64,000 nt of DNA from Acidimicrobiia bacterium UBA5794 (GTDB taxonomy: Bacteria; Actinomycetota; Acidimicrobiia; Spongiisociales; UBA5794): assembly GCA_002418265.1 (NCBI GenBank), contig DIDS01000014.1, positions 72,588 to 136,587 of the forward strand, in the 5' to 3' direction. A program made the position numbers and the translations under genes. Shown in pieces: positions 48,450 through 58,661 of this stretch. Each line of letters begins with the position of its first letter. Position 1 is the first letter of the stretch. The notes beneath the pieces were generated by a model. That model was not told the origin of the DNA and made no database searches. It saw nothing but the letters and a program-made list of their open reading frames with translations.

Positions 48450-49498
48450 CAGCCGAACCCCCCAACCCGTGCCACTTGTGCCAATCCGACAACCCGACGC
48501 CTGCATTTGGGGCACACATCCTGATAGTGCTCTCCTGACTCGAACGAGTAGTCGAAGCCAACAGCAGGAAGCACCGCTTTGAGATCCTCCATCTGGAGAA
48601 CGCTTGCAAACCCTTCCCCGCATTGAATGCAGGTCTGCTCCCCGGTTGCCTCCGCAGCCTCCTTGTAGAACGACACCCCGATGTTTGCTGGTCGCTGGAA
48701 GATGTGGAAGAGCTTTCCGAACGGGATGTAGAGCAGCCCCAAAATGACCGTGAGGGCGTGCAGGTTCGTGATGAACGCGTAGAACTGTCCTCCCATCCAC
48801 AAACTGGATGCCGTCAGCATGAGCCCGGTGATCGATACCGCGAACAATCCGACCAAAGGTGCAAAGTCGGATGCCCGTTCGAGTGCAATAGCGCCGCGGT
48901 CACGCATCCGTCTGATCAAGAAAATCGCCACACCGGCGATGACGAGAAAGGCTGCGATGTTGAGCAGGTGGAACACCATGAAGCCGAAGAAGCCGCGCGA
49001 ATCGAATTGGATCGTTGCAAAGGGTCCGAGAAATGCTTCGTAGAGCCGTCCGCTCTCGTCCGCCGATTCGAAGTGGAGCCAACCGAACGTCAGGGGAAAC
49101 GTCACGAGCGCGGCGAGGACGCACCCCCAGAAAAGCAACTGGTGCGCAACCCACCTGACCTTGCTCCTCCCCGCGATGAAACGCTGCAGGAGGATGTTGT
49201 TGACCAGCTTTCCGACGAGGCCCACGGCATTTGACCCCCGTCGGCCTTTGGCCCGCATCGCCTCCCACCCGCGGCTGTTCAACATTGCCGTGGGAGGACG
49301 TCGAAGCCACACGATGTAGCGATACGCGGTCGCGAACACCGCAAGTACCGTTCCGAACAGATACGGGGCAAGTGCCGGATCGAACCATTGCAGACCACTC
49401 GAACCGATGTACACGCCAATGAGAACGAGGACCACCAGAATCGACCCAACGACGACCCCCCGTCGGTCGACTCTCGATGGTGTGGATGCAATCCCCAT
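48449..49498 (-). CDS. NarI-like polytopic membrane subunit with C-terminal CxxC..CxxC
   Basis: ~6 TM; His in [31 protein letters not shown]. Confidence 0.72.
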   Translation of the reverse strand: MGIASTPSRVDRRGVVVGSILVVLVLIGVYIGSSGLQWFDPALAPYLFGTVLAVFATAYRYIVWLRRPPTAMLNSRGWEAMRAKGRRGSNAVGLVGKLVNNILLQRFIAGRSKVRWVAHQLLFWGCVLAALVTFPLTFGWLHFESADESGRLYEAFLGPFATIQFDSRGFFGFMVFHLLNIAAFLVIAGVAIFLIRRMRDRGAIALERASDFAPLVGLFAVSITGLMLTASSLWMGGQFYAFITNLHALTVILGLLYIPFGKLFHIFQRPANIGVSFYKEAAEATGEQTCIQCGEGFASVLQMEDLKAVLPAVGFDYSFESGEHYQDVCPKCRRRVVGLAQVARVGGFG

Positions 49499-49568
49499 GG
49501 AGAGAACCCTAGCTCTCAGCACCCAGCTCCCAAGCGGGAGTTGGTCCCCTTGTCCTTTGTCTCCCACA

Positions 49569-49660
49569 CCCGTCCTCCCGCTTGCGGGGGGACGCGAGGA
49601 GCGAAGCGACGATGCAGGGGGGGGCAGTCCGACTTCTGACTTCTGACTTCTGACTTCTGG
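49569..49660 (-). repeat. REP-like element copy plus (TCTGACT)n heptamers
   Basis: Reverse complement resembles 2391-2445; heptamers at 49628-49660. Confidence 0.85.
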
Positions 49661-49661
49661 C

Positions 49662-51029
49662 TTACAGGCCTCGCATCAAGAACGCGGCAGCTTGTTCCCG
49701 TGTCAAGGTTTCGGTCGCTCCAAAGCTCCCATCCTCGTGGCCGAGGGCGATCCCGAGCTCGTGGGCAAGTTCAATCTTGCCCACAAGGGGATGATCGGGA
49801 CCGATGTCGGTGAAGTAGCCCTGATACTGGGGATAGTTGGTCTTGCCAAGGGCATCCATCAGCACCGAAACAAGGAAGCCCCGTTCCCCTGGCGAGCCGC
49901 CATCAAATGGGCCTCCAGCGCGAAGCGCTCCAATTTCAACAAGGTACTCGACCGATCCGACAAACCAGGCGTCTGAGGACACGTCGTTGAAGTACGCCCG
50001 ATACGACGGGTAACTCTTCTCGCCGCCGACGGCTCTGGCAATCATCGTCGCTGCCTGTGCGCGCGTAACCGTAGCCGCGGGACAGTATGAGTTCCAGGTG
50101 CATCCAATCGTTATTCCCCGCGCTGCCATCTGTTCGATCTGTGCTTCGGCGTACGAGCCGTCGTCGTCAACGAATGTGCCCTCATAGGTGCCAACACGCG
50201 ACGTATCCGATACCACGCCGTGAGGACCGAAATCGACCACCACATCATGGATTCCCGGTTCGGTGTTCCCATCCCACCAGACAGCCTCGGTGCCGGATCC
50301 GGTGTGCGTCCAAACGACCTTTCCGGACCCCTGGCGAATCTGGATCGTCCAGTTCACGATCGCATCGGCTTCAATGTTGAGCGTCCCACCTTGGGGGGCC
50401 GCGACCGTTTTGAACGATCCGAAGTCGACCGAGAATTGTGCATCGATCTGTTCGGCGGGAACCGCGGCGAGGAGGTAGGGATTCGGGTCCACGGGCGTGC
50501 CGTCGGGCTGGTGATACTCGAAGTGAAGATGAGAGCCAACGTTCTCGGCGTTGCCGGAGTCGCCGACCCAGCCAATGAGTTGTCCTGCCGAAACGCGGAC
50601 TCCGGGCGCAATGCCTTCGGCGATTCCCCAACCCGCACCGTCGTCGGTTCCGGGTGTGTCGTTGTTGAGGTGGATGTACCACGACTCCCAGCCATCGTCG
50701 TGTGTGAGAGCAATCGTGCAGCAACGATCGGGGTTCAGGTTGCCGGGATCCGAACTCCAATTGACGTACCGGATGACACCATTGGCTGCGGCGACAACCG
50801 GAGTCATCTTGGCTGCCATCAGATCGTCGCCTTCGTGGTAGCGGCTACAACCGGCCCGACATGCGCCAAAGTTGTCCGTGTTGTTGACCTTGCCGACGAC
50901 CGGGAAGACGAGGGGAAGATCCTGGGTAACTGCCTTGGCCGGTGGTGGAGCCAAGACGATGATGGTGGCAAGGGCTGTCAGCGCAACAATGGCCGCCACA
51001 GCCCCGAATTGCCTCTGGGAGCGGGCCAT
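49662..51029 (-). CDS. Secreted M23 peptidase with C-terminal SLH-like domains
   Basis: Signal peptide, HEGDD, YIHL, HLHFE; VTRAQAA and LTREQAA SLH-like motifs. Confidence 0.85.
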   Translation of the reverse strand: MARSQRQFGAVAAIVALTALATIIVLAPPPAKAVTQDLPLVFPVVGKVNNTDNFGACRAGCSRYHEGDDLMAAKMTPVVAAANGVIRYVNWSSDPGNLNPDRCCTIALTHDDGWESWYIHLNNDTPGTDDGAGWGIAEGIAPGVRVSAGQLIGWVGDSGNAENVGSHLHFEYHQPDGTPVDPNPYLLAAVPAEQIDAQFSVDFGSFKTVAAPQGGTLNIEADAIVNWTIQIRQGSGKVVWTHTGSGTEAVWWDGNTEPGIHDVVVDFGPHGVVSDTSRVGTYEGTFVDDDGSYAEAQIEQMAARGITIGCTWNSYCPAATVTRAQAATMIARAVGGEKSYPSYRAYFNDVSSDAWFVGSVEYLVEIGALRAGGPFDGGSPGERGFLVSVLMDALGKTNYPQYQGYFTDIGPDHPLVGKIELAHELGIALGHEDGSFGATETLTREQAAAFLMRGL

Positions 51030-51132
51030 GTCCCTCCTTCGGCAAAATCGGGACGATCCTTGAGCATCTCCCGCTGTGAACCACCGCTGTCAACTGTGCT
51101 ATCCGTCTGTGTGCTGGGCTGTGAGTCAGCGG

Positions 51133-52206
51133 CTATTGGACGGAGACCGCTTGGACGTCCAGTTCTGTTGCCTTGATCGAGACCCACACGGCAACACCCG
51201 GCACCAGTTCGAGAGAACGCGCCGACTCAGTTGTTACCTCGGCTATGAGAGCGAGGGGCGACGAAGTCGCAACCCGCGCGGTGTCCCCAAGCGGCTCAAT
51301 GTGGGCGATCGTCGTCTTCCACGTGTTCCTCGGACTGCCTTCGGGTTTGACGCGATGGAGCGCAACAGCCCTCGGGTGAAAAGTGACGATGACCTTGCCC
51401 GATACATCGTGGGCCGGCATGTAGAGGTCGTGACCGTCAACGTCGACGACTCCGTCCGCAGCTGTTCCCTCAAAGAGGTTCATGCCAGCGAGGTCAGCGG
51501 CATAGCGCGACTGGGGATTGAGCCGAATGTCGGCTGCCGTACCAGACTGACTGACCAGCCCTTCTTCAAGGATGCAAATTTCGTCCCCGAGCAAGAACGC
51601 CTCGGTCGGATCATGGGTGATCACGAGAGCCGGACCGTTGTACGAATTGAGGAACTCGGCGATGGTTCTTCTGGCGTGCGCCTTGGTTGTGACATCGAGC
51701 GATCCGAGAGGCTCATCAAGAATGAGAAGTCGTGGATCAGTCACCACGGCGCGAGCAAGGGCGACCCGCTGAGCCTCACCGCCCGACAGCTCGGCTGGTC
51801 TGCGTTCAGCCAGATCCGTGAGCCCGAGGCGATCCATCCACACATCCGTGCGCGATGCTGCATCGCCCTTCGAGATGCCAGTGCTCCGCAGCCCGAAAGC
51901 GATGTTGTCCCTTACGCTGAGATGTGGAAACAACAGACCGTCCTGGAACATGACACCGATGCCGCGTTGTGCCGGAGGAACGAACACACCTTGGTCTGTG
52001 TCTTCAAGGACCACTCCGCCAAGTTCAACCCTCCCTTCATCAATCGGTGAAAGCCCAACAAGGGCAGCGACGAGCGTCGACTTTCCTGCACCATTCGGGC
52101 CGAGAACGGCCAGAGTGGATCCGGAGGCGATCTCGATGGCCACATCGAGCCCGAACCCCTCGCTGCGAGCCACCTTGATGTCGGCCGAGAGTCCTTCGTT
52201 CTTCAC
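51133..52206 (-). CDS. modC: Molybdate ABC transporter ATP-binding protein with TOBE domain
   Basis: GPNGAGKS, LSGGEAQR, GSPRN, IKATE. Confidence 0.88.
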   Translation of the reverse strand: MKNEGLSADIKVARSEGFGLDVAIEIASGSTLAVLGPNGAGKSTLVAALVGLSPIDEGRVELGGVVLEDTDQGVFVPPAQRGIGVMFQDGLLFPHLSVRDNIAFGLRSTGISKGDAASRTDVWMDRLGLTDLAERRPAELSGGEAQRVALARAVVTDPRLLILDEPLGSLDVTTKAHARRTIAEFLNSYNGPALVITHDPTEAFLLGDEICILEEGLVSQSGTAADIRLNPQSRYAADLAGMNLFEGTAADGVVDVDGHDLYMPAHDVSGKVIVTFHPRAVALHRVKPEGSPRNTWKTTIAHIEPLGDTARVATSSPLALIAEVTTESARSLELVPGVAVWVSIKATELDVQAVSVQ

Positions 52207-53009
52207 GACACCCCCCACCAGCGATCACGAAGAAGAACCAGCACCGCGAGCGAAACGGCAACCATGACGAGGCTCATTGCGATCGCGGCGTTGCGGTTCG
52301 ATTCAAGTGCAACAAACACCGCGAGGGGCATCGTCTGGGTACGCCCTTGAACGTTGCCAGCAAAGGTCAGCGTTGCCCCGAACTCACCGAATGCCCGCGC
52401 CCAGGTAAGCGCCAATCCGGAAGCGAGCGACGGCATGATCAGGGGAATGGTCACACGCCGAAGAACCGTCCATCGTCCGGCACCAAGTGATTCGGCAGCT
52501 CCTTCGTACCTCCCGTCAATACTCCGCAGACCCGCTTCGACGGTGATCACGACAAAGGGCATCGCGACGAACGTGACCGCAACGATGACACCCCATATCG
52601 AGAATGGCAGGACGATACCGGTAGCGTCATACAGCGGCCCACCAACCACGCCTCTCCTTCCAAGGGCGAACAGCAGGGCGGCACCGCCGACCACCGGGGG
52701 CAGAACGATCGGGAGGAGTACCAGTGCACGAACGAGACTTTTGCCACGGAAGTCCGTCCTTGCCAGCAAGAACGCGATCGGGACACCGATGCAAAAAGAA
52801 ATCAAGGTTGCGGCAACCGATGCGACAAGCGAAATCTGAAGGGCATCAAGCACAACATCGTCAGCGAGAAGTGAACCGAGGTCACTCCATGGCGTTCGGA
52901 TCAGGAGACCAATGATCGGTAGGGCAAGGAACATGACGCCAACAACCCCAAGAGCCATGATCACGATCGGTGGGCGTTCGGTCCGATTCCAGCGTTGACG
53001 TCGGTTCAT
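52203..53009 (-). CDS. modB: Molybdate ABC transporter permease
   Basis: LPIVLPPVVGG, ARAFGEFGAT, TQTMPL. Confidence 0.92.
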   Translation of the reverse strand: MNRRQRWNRTERPPIVIMALGVVGVMFLALPIIGLLIRTPWSDLGSLLADDVVLDALQISLVASVAATLISFCIGVPIAFLLARTDFRGKSLVRALVLLPIVLPPVVGGAALLFALGRRGVVGGPLYDATGIVLPFSIWGVIVAVTFVAMPFVVITVEAGLRSIDGRYEGAAESLGAGRWTVLRRVTIPLIMPSLASGLALTWARAFGEFGATLTFAGNVQGRTQTMPLAVFVALESNRNAAIAMSLVMVAVSLAVLVLLRDRWWGVS

Positions 53010-53022
53010 GATTGCTGCGGTG

Positions 53023-53799
53023 TCATGGGAGCTCGAATCCGAACGAGGCGAGAATCTCACGGCCGTCATCTGACATCACGAATGCAACGAACGCGGCAGC
53101 CACACCGGATTCGTCGGCTGAAACGACAGCAATCGGGTAGCGCACATCCACATTGTGCTCGTCGGGAATCAGAATCGAGTCAACCGAACCGGCCGCCGCA
53201 ACCACATCGGAGGTGTAGACGATCCCTGCATCAATCTCTCCCGATTCAATCTTGAGCGTCAGGGACCGGACGTTTGGTTCCTCGGTGTCCACCGACGCCA
53301 CAACACCGGCTGATGCGAGAGATTCGCGCGCATATGACCCACAGGGCACGGCTGGAAGGCATAGGCCTATGAAGAGGTTTTCGTTCCCGAAATCCTCAAG
53401 CCCTGAGACGGAGGCAGGGTTGCCGGGAGGGACGGCGATCACGACACTGTTGAGGGCAAACGTCTGGACCGGACCGGTAGCAGCATGCCAGTACAACACA
53501 TCTTCCATGGCTTCGCTGTTGGCCGATGCGAACACATCCACCGGTGCACCCTCGATGATCTGTGCAGCGAGACTGTTCGATCCGCCCGAGTTGATGTCGA
53601 CCACGACACCTGGCACTTGGGTTTCAAAGTCGGACGCAATCTCCTGAAAGGCCGGTTCGAGCGATGCGGCAACGGAGACCAACAATGTTGAGGTTTCCTT
53701 GTTGGTTGAGCATCCTGCAACGATTGCTGCGCACAGCGCAAGGACAACGGCGACGCGGGCGACTCCGGTTGCGGTCGCGGTTGGTCGGGCTCGGTGCAT
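53023..53799 (-). CDS. modA: Molybdate-binding lipoprotein
   Basis: Lipobox VAGC, AASL, GGSNSLAAQI..GAP.DVFASA, VPCG, DAGIVY.SD. Confidence 0.92.
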   Translation of the reverse strand: MHRARPTATATGVARVAVVLALCAAIVAGCSTNKETSTLLVSVAASLEPAFQEIASDFETQVPGVVVDINSGGSNSLAAQIIEGAPVDVFASANSEAMEDVLYWHAATGPVQTFALNSVVIAVPPGNPASVSGLEDFGNENLFIGLCLPAVPCGSYARESLASAGVVASVDTEEPNVRSLTLKIESGEIDAGIVYTSDVVAAAGSVDSILIPDEHNVDVRYPIAVVSADESGVAAAFVAFVMSDDGREILASFGFELP

Positions 53800-53827
53800 C
53801 GTATGAGGCTATCACCGCGTCCCGACG

Positions 53828-54124
53828 TCAGACGTAGGCGAGGCCGATCATCACGGCAAAGGCGCCAAGGGGGACAAGCAGGAGTATGACCAGGCGGATG
53901 ACGGTCTGATCGAAGACCAACGCGAGAAACACCGATCCAATGATTCCGGCAAACCACAACGCCGTCATCATCAGGACCACGAAGCGCAGAAGGCCACCCC
54001 AATCGGGGTCATCGGACTGGACAAGGCCAACAACCCCGAAGGTCCCAGCCACCACAACCTGGACGATGACTGCGGCTTTTTCGAGACGCGACAACGGGCG
54101 ACGAGACTTCTCAGGATTGACCAT
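53828..54124 (-). CDS. Small hypothetical membrane protein
   Basis: Three hydrophobic segments, same strand as mod operon. Confidence 0.55.
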   Translation of the reverse strand: MVNPEKSRRPLSRLEKAAVIVQVVVAGTFGVVGLVQSDDPDWGGLLRFVVLMMTALWFAGIIGSVFLALVFDQTVIRLVILLLVPLGAFAVMIGLAYV

Positions 54125-54272
54125 ATGGCGCAGAAGATACTGTGTGGATGGATCCTGCAAGTGGCATGGTCAGCGAGGACGCAGATCTCTCGTTGATCAC
54201 GATGGGGGACGGTGCGGATGTCAGAAGTCAGAAGCTGAAAGCTGTGAGCTGAAAGCCGGGGTCGAAGACCCC

Positions 54273-54292
54273 CTGAGTGAGTGCTCACTCAG
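54273..54292. promoter_or_regulatory. Putative TetR operator next to extended -10
   Basis: Perfect CTGAGTGAG-TG-CTCACTCAG followed by TGGTATGCT. Confidence 0.7.
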
Positions 54293-54310
54293 TGGTATGC
54301 TTGATTGGTT

Positions 54311-54928
54311 ATGGTCAAACAGACTCGTGCGAAACCCATGTCCACTGAGGATCGCCAGCAGGCAATCCTCGATGCTGTCACACCGCTGATCGTTGAGCGG
54401 GGGTCCAAGGTCACGACGTCGGAGATGGCCAAGGCCGCGGGCGTTGCTGAGGGAACCATCTACTCGGTGTTCCCGGACAAGCACTCACTGATCATTGCTG
54501 CAGTGCGGGCTTCCCTCGATCCTGCTGCGGTGCAGGCGGCTGTTGGCAACATCGATCGCACCCAATCCCTTCAGATGCAGCTCCAGGATGCTGCGACGAT
54601 TCTTGCGGATCGTATCGAACGAGTGATGGCGCTCTTTGATGCGCTCCGTTCGCTTCCCAATCACAGCCATCACGATGGCAAACACGCCAGACGCTTCATC
54701 GCCCAAACAGAGGCGGCAGTCACCGAGACCCTCACGGAGCTGTTGGAAGCACACCGGGACGACCTTGCGATCGAGCCAGTCCGTGCCGCGTCAGCCCTTC
54801 GCGGTCTCATCTTTGCGATCCGCCATCCGATGCTCCCCCCTGACCAACGCCTCACCGTCGAAGAAGCCGTGACAATTCTGATCTCGGGGATCGCCAGCCG
54901 ACACACCACGACGAAGACAGGCTCGTAG
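54311..54928 (+). CDS. TetR/AcrR family regulator
   Basis: RQQAILDA..TTSEMAKAAGVAEGTIYSVFPDK. Confidence 0.9.
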   Translation: MVKQTRAKPMSTEDRQQAILDAVTPLIVERGSKVTTSEMAKAAGVAEGTIYSVFPDKHSLIIAAVRASLDPAAVQAAVGNIDRTQSLQMQLQDAATILADRIERVMALFDALRSLPNHSHHDGKHARRFIAQTEAAVTETLTELLEAHRDDLAIEPVRAASALRGLIFAIRHPMLPPDQRLTVEEAVTILISGIASRHTTTKTGS

Positions 54929-54937
54929 GGGATTCCG

Positions 54938-56671
54938 ATGCTGATCCGTCTGCTCAGGAGCCACCTTGCACCGTACAAGCGCTGGATCATGATCATCGTT
55001 GCACTCCAGTTCGTTGCGACCGTGGCATCACTCCTGCTCCCGAGCCTCAACGCCGACATCATCGACAAGGGTGTTGTCACCGGTGATACCGACTACATCC
55101 TGCGCATCGGTTCGATCATGCTCGCCGTGTCTGCGCTTCAAGTCATCGCGTCAATCTCCGCTGTGTACTTCGGGGCAAAGACGGCGATGGCATTCGGCAG
55201 AGACCTCAGGAGCTCAATCTTCCGCAAGGTTGCGTCCTTTTCGACACGTGAGATGTCCCACTTCGGTGCCCCGTCGCTGATCACCCGCAACACGAACGAT
55301 GTCCAGCAGGTCCAGATGCTCGCCATGATGACATTCACGCTCATGGTGATGGCACCCATCATGATGGTTGGAGGCATCATCATGGCACTGCGTGAAGATG
55401 TCGGACTGTCATGGCTTGTGGCAGTCGCCGTTCCGCTGCTCGCCGCCATCCTTGCGATCGTGATCTCGCAGATGATCCCGGCTTATCGCAAGATGCAGAT
55501 TCGGATCGACACGGTGAACCGGGTGCTCCGGGAGCAGCTGAGCGGAATCCGGGTGCTTCGCGCTTTCGTTCGTGAGCCATACGAGACCGATCGATTCGAA
55601 AAGGCCAACCAAGAGCTCACGGACGTGTCGCTCACGGTCGGACGGTGGATGGCAGCAATGTTCCCCATCGTGATGCTCATCCTGAACCTGACGAGCGTTG
55701 CCGTGTTGTGGTTCGGCGGACACCGAGTCGACGCAGGGACAATGGAGATCGGTGCGCTTACCGCATACCTCACCTACCTCATCCAGATCCTGATGTCGGT
55801 CATGATGGCCACGTTCACGTTCGTGATGGTTCCGAGGGCGGCAGCGAGCGCCGATCGCATCGGCGAGGTCCTTGACACCGAATCGTCCGTCGTACCACCG
55901 GAATCGGGGATCACCGCGGTCGATCGACATGGTGAGGTTCAATTTCTCGATGTCGAGTTCACCTATCCGGGGGCGAGTGATCCGGTTCTTCGTGACATCA
56001 ACCTCACCGCACGAGCCGGTCAGACAACCGCAATCGTTGGATCCACCGGGGCAGGCAAGACAACCCTGATGAATCTGATACCGAGGCTCTTCGACGCAAC
56101 CTCGGGAACGGTGCTCGTCAATGGTGTGGATGTCCGAAACCTTGATCCCGACTTCCTCTGGAGTCGGATCGGGCTGATCCCCCAGAATCCATACCTGTTC
56201 ACCGGCACAGTTGCATCGAACCTGCGATACGGCAAACCGGATGCCACCGAAGCCGAGATGTGGCGAGCGCTCGAGATTGCCCAGGCGCGAGGCTTCGTCG
56301 AGGACATGCCCGAAGGCCTTGACGCACCGATCGCACAGGGTGGTACCAATGTTTCGGGCGGCCAACGACAGCGTCTTTCGATTGCCCGAGCACTGATCCG
56401 CTCCCCCGAGATCTACCTGTTCGATGACTCGTTTTCTGCGCTCGATCTTGCAACCGACGCTCGGCTTCGTGCCGCCCTCACCGCGGTGACGACGCAAGCA
56501 ACCGTCATCATCGTCGCGCAGCGGATCTCGTCGATCAAAAGCGCAGACCAGATTGTCGTGCTCGACGATGGCGCCATCGTGGGAATCGGAACACACGGTG
56601 AACTGCTCGAATCGTGCCAGACCTACGCCGAGATTGTCGAGTCGCAACAGATGGCCGAGGTGCCGCGATGA
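54938..56671 (+). CDS. Heterodimeric multidrug-type ABC exporter subunit A
   Basis: 6 TM + GSTGAGKT, VSGGQRQR, degenerate Walker B FDDSFSALD. Confidence 0.92.
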   Translation: MLIRLLRSHLAPYKRWIMIIVALQFVATVASLLLPSLNADIIDKGVVTGDTDYILRIGSIMLAVSALQVIASISAVYFGAKTAMAFGRDLRSSIFRKVASFSTREMSHFGAPSLITRNTNDVQQVQMLAMMTFTLMVMAPIMMVGGIIMALREDVGLSWLVAVAVPLLAAILAIVISQMIPAYRKMQIRIDTVNRVLREQLSGIRVLRAFVREPYETDRFEKANQELTDVSLTVGRWMAAMFPIVMLILNLTSVAVLWFGGHRVDAGTMEIGALTAYLTYLIQILMSVMMATFTFVMVPRAAASADRIGEVLDTESSVVPPESGITAVDRHGEVQFLDVEFTYPGASDPVLRDINLTARAGQTTAIVGSTGAGKTTLMNLIPRLFDATSGTVLVNGVDVRNLDPDFLWSRIGLIPQNPYLFTGTVASNLRYGKPDATEAEMWRALEIAQARGFVEDMPEGLDAPIAQGGTNVSGGQRQRLSIARALIRSPEIYLFDDSFSALDLATDARLRAALTAVTTQATVIIVAQRISSIKSADQIVVLDDGAIVGIGTHGELLESCQTYAEIVESQQMAEVPR

Positions 56672-58635
56672 CCAGCAGCGGCAAGAACGGGGAGCTCAAA
56701 ACAACCGAGCGTGTGGTGGCACAGGGAGGCCCCGGGCGTGGAATGGGCGGCGGACAGATCGCCCAGAAACCGTTGGCATTCAAGGAGTCAGGGAAGCGGC
56801 TGCTGAACAGGCTCAGACCGCAAGGGCTGAAGGTGGCCTTTGTGTTGCTCGCAGCCATTGTGAGCGTCGGCCTCGCATCCCTTGGTCCACGCGTCCTCGG
56901 ACGTGCGACCGACCTGATCTTCGCCGGTGCCATCGGGGGCCAGCTGCCTGCGGGAATGACGAAGCAACAAGTGATTGATTCCGCAACAGCTTCGGGTAAT
57001 CACAAGCTGGCGGACATGCTCTCAGGCATCGACATTGTGCCGGGCACCGGCATCGACTTTCGAGCGGTCGGCACCGTTCTTCTCATCGTCATTGTCCTCT
57101 ACGTCGGATCAGCATTGCTGTCCTTCCTCCAGGGGTACCTCCTCAACGACGTCGTTCAGGACACAGTCATGAAACTTCGCGCTGAAGTTGAGGACAAGAT
57201 CCACAAACTGCCGCTCAGCTACTTCGACCGCCAACCCCGTGGTGAACTCCTCTCGCGGGTGACCAACGACATCGACAATGTGTCCCAAAGTCTTCAGCAG
57301 ACAATGAGTCAGCTCCTCACGTCGCTCCTCACCGTCGTCTTCGTGGTGATAATGATGGTTTTGATCTCCCCTGTCCTTGCTCTGATTGCTCTGATCACCA
57401 TCCCGGTAACCATGGTCATTGCTGCCCTGATCATGACGCGGTCCCAGAAACAGTTCGTGACCCAGTGGAGACGGACCGGGACGGTCAACGCCCAGGTCGA
57501 GGAGGCATTCACCGGGCATTCGCTGATCAAGGTGTTTGGACGCCAGGACGAAGTGCAAGACGTGTTCGAGTCCGAGAACGAGCAGCTCTATGAGGCAAGC
57601 TTCTCGGCCCAGTTCCTCTCCGGCCTGATCATGCCGATCATGATGTTCATTGGGAATTTGAACTATGTGATCATCGCGGTCATCGGGGGACTGCGGGTCG
57701 CGAGCGGAACGATGAGTCTCGGGGATGTGCAGGCGTTCATCCAATACTCGCGTCAGTTCACCCAGCCCGTCACCCAGATTGCCTCAATGGTGAACCTGCT
57801 CCAATCAGGGGTCGCATCAGCAGAACGCGTCTTCGAACTCCTCGACGCCGAGGAAGAAGAGCCAACCGACCATCATCCACGAATGGTCGACAACCCTCGT
57901 GGTCGCGTGGTGTTTGAGGACGTCTCGTTCCGCTACGAGCCGGACCAGCCCCTGATCGAGGATCTGTCGATGGTGGTCGAGCCCGGACAGACGGTTGCCA
58001 TCGTTGGACCCACCGGCGCCGGCAAGACGACGCTCGTGAACCTGATCATGCGCTTCTACGAACTCGACGGCGGTCGTATCACCCTCGATGGTGTCGACAC
58101 CTCGCTCATGCCGCGTGCTGACCTGCGATCCCGGATCGGGATGGTGCTCCAGGACACGTGGTTGTTCAAGGGAACGATCCGCGACAACATCGCGTACGGC
58201 AATCCCGATGCCACCGAAGACGAGCTCCTTGAAGCCGCGAAGGCAACGTTCGTGGACCGCTTCGTCCACAGCCTTCCCGACGGCTATGACACCGTCATCG
58301 ACGACGAGGGGACAAACATCTCATCTGGTGAAAAACAGCTCATCACCATCGCGAGAGCCTTCGTCGCGCAGCCAGCACTCCTGATTCTGGATGAAGCAAC
58401 GAGCTCTGTTGACACGCGCACCGAACTGCTCGTACAGCACGCCATGGCAGCGCTCCGATCCGATCGAACGAGCTTTGTCATTGCTCACCGGCTGTCAACG
58501 ATCCGGGACGCCGATCTCATCCTTGTGATGGAGGAGGGACGCATCGTCGAGCGGGGGACCCATGGGGAACTCCTCGATCGCAATGGAGCCTATGCGTCGC
58601 TGTACAACTCGCAATTCGGCATGTCTGACGTCTGA
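56668..58635 (+). CDS. Heterodimeric multidrug-type ABC exporter subunit B
   Basis: TM + GPTGAGKT, ISSGEKQ, LDEATSSVD, IAHRLST. Confidence 0.92.
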   Translation: MTSSGKNGELKTTERVVAQGGPGRGMGGGQIAQKPLAFKESGKRLLNRLRPQGLKVAFVLLAAIVSVGLASLGPRVLGRATDLIFAGAIGGQLPAGMTKQQVIDSATASGNHKLADMLSGIDIVPGTGIDFRAVGTVLLIVIVLYVGSALLSFLQGYLLNDVVQDTVMKLRAEVEDKIHKLPLSYFDRQPRGELLSRVTNDIDNVSQSLQQTMSQLLTSLLTVVFVVIMMVLISPVLALIALITIPVTMVIAALIMTRSQKQFVTQWRRTGTVNAQVEEAFTGHSLIKVFGRQDEVQDVFESENEQLYEASFSAQFLSGLIMPIMMFIGNLNYVIIAVIGGLRVASGTMSLGDVQAFIQYSRQFTQPVTQIASMVNLLQSGVASAERVFELLDAEEEEPTDHHPRMVDNPRGRVVFEDVSFRYEPDQPLIEDLSMVVEPGQTVAIVGPTGAGKTTLVNLIMRFYELDGGRITLDGVDTSLMPRADLRSRIGMVLQDTWLFKGTIRDNIAYGNPDATEDELLEAAKATFVDRFVHSLPDGYDTVIDDEGTNISSGEKQLITIARAFVAQPALLILDEATSSVDTRTELLVQHAMAALRSDRTSFVIAHRLSTIRDADLILVMEEGRIVERGTHGELLDRNGAYASLYNSQFGMSDV

Positions 58636-58661
58636 CGTCTGACGTCGGAGGTCGGACGTCA
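58624..58661. repeat. Heptamer array (TCTGACG)n containing both convergent stop codons
   Basis: TCTGACG x3, TCGGAGG, TCGGACG, TCA. Confidence 0.85.

Noticed and set aside
46221..48800. 859-aa version of the Mo enzyme
   Set aside because: The extension overlaps the NarI-like gene; the coupled ATG at 48449 is more plausible.
53800..54260. Moco riboswitch or ModE box upstream of modA
   Set aside because: No recognisable consensus; the region holds a small membrane ORF and heptamer repeats.
55409..56647. Long antisense ORFs (also 15523..16440, 34692..35615, 51076..52050)
   Set aside because: Shadow ORFs expected from high-GC codon bias opposite well-conserved genes.
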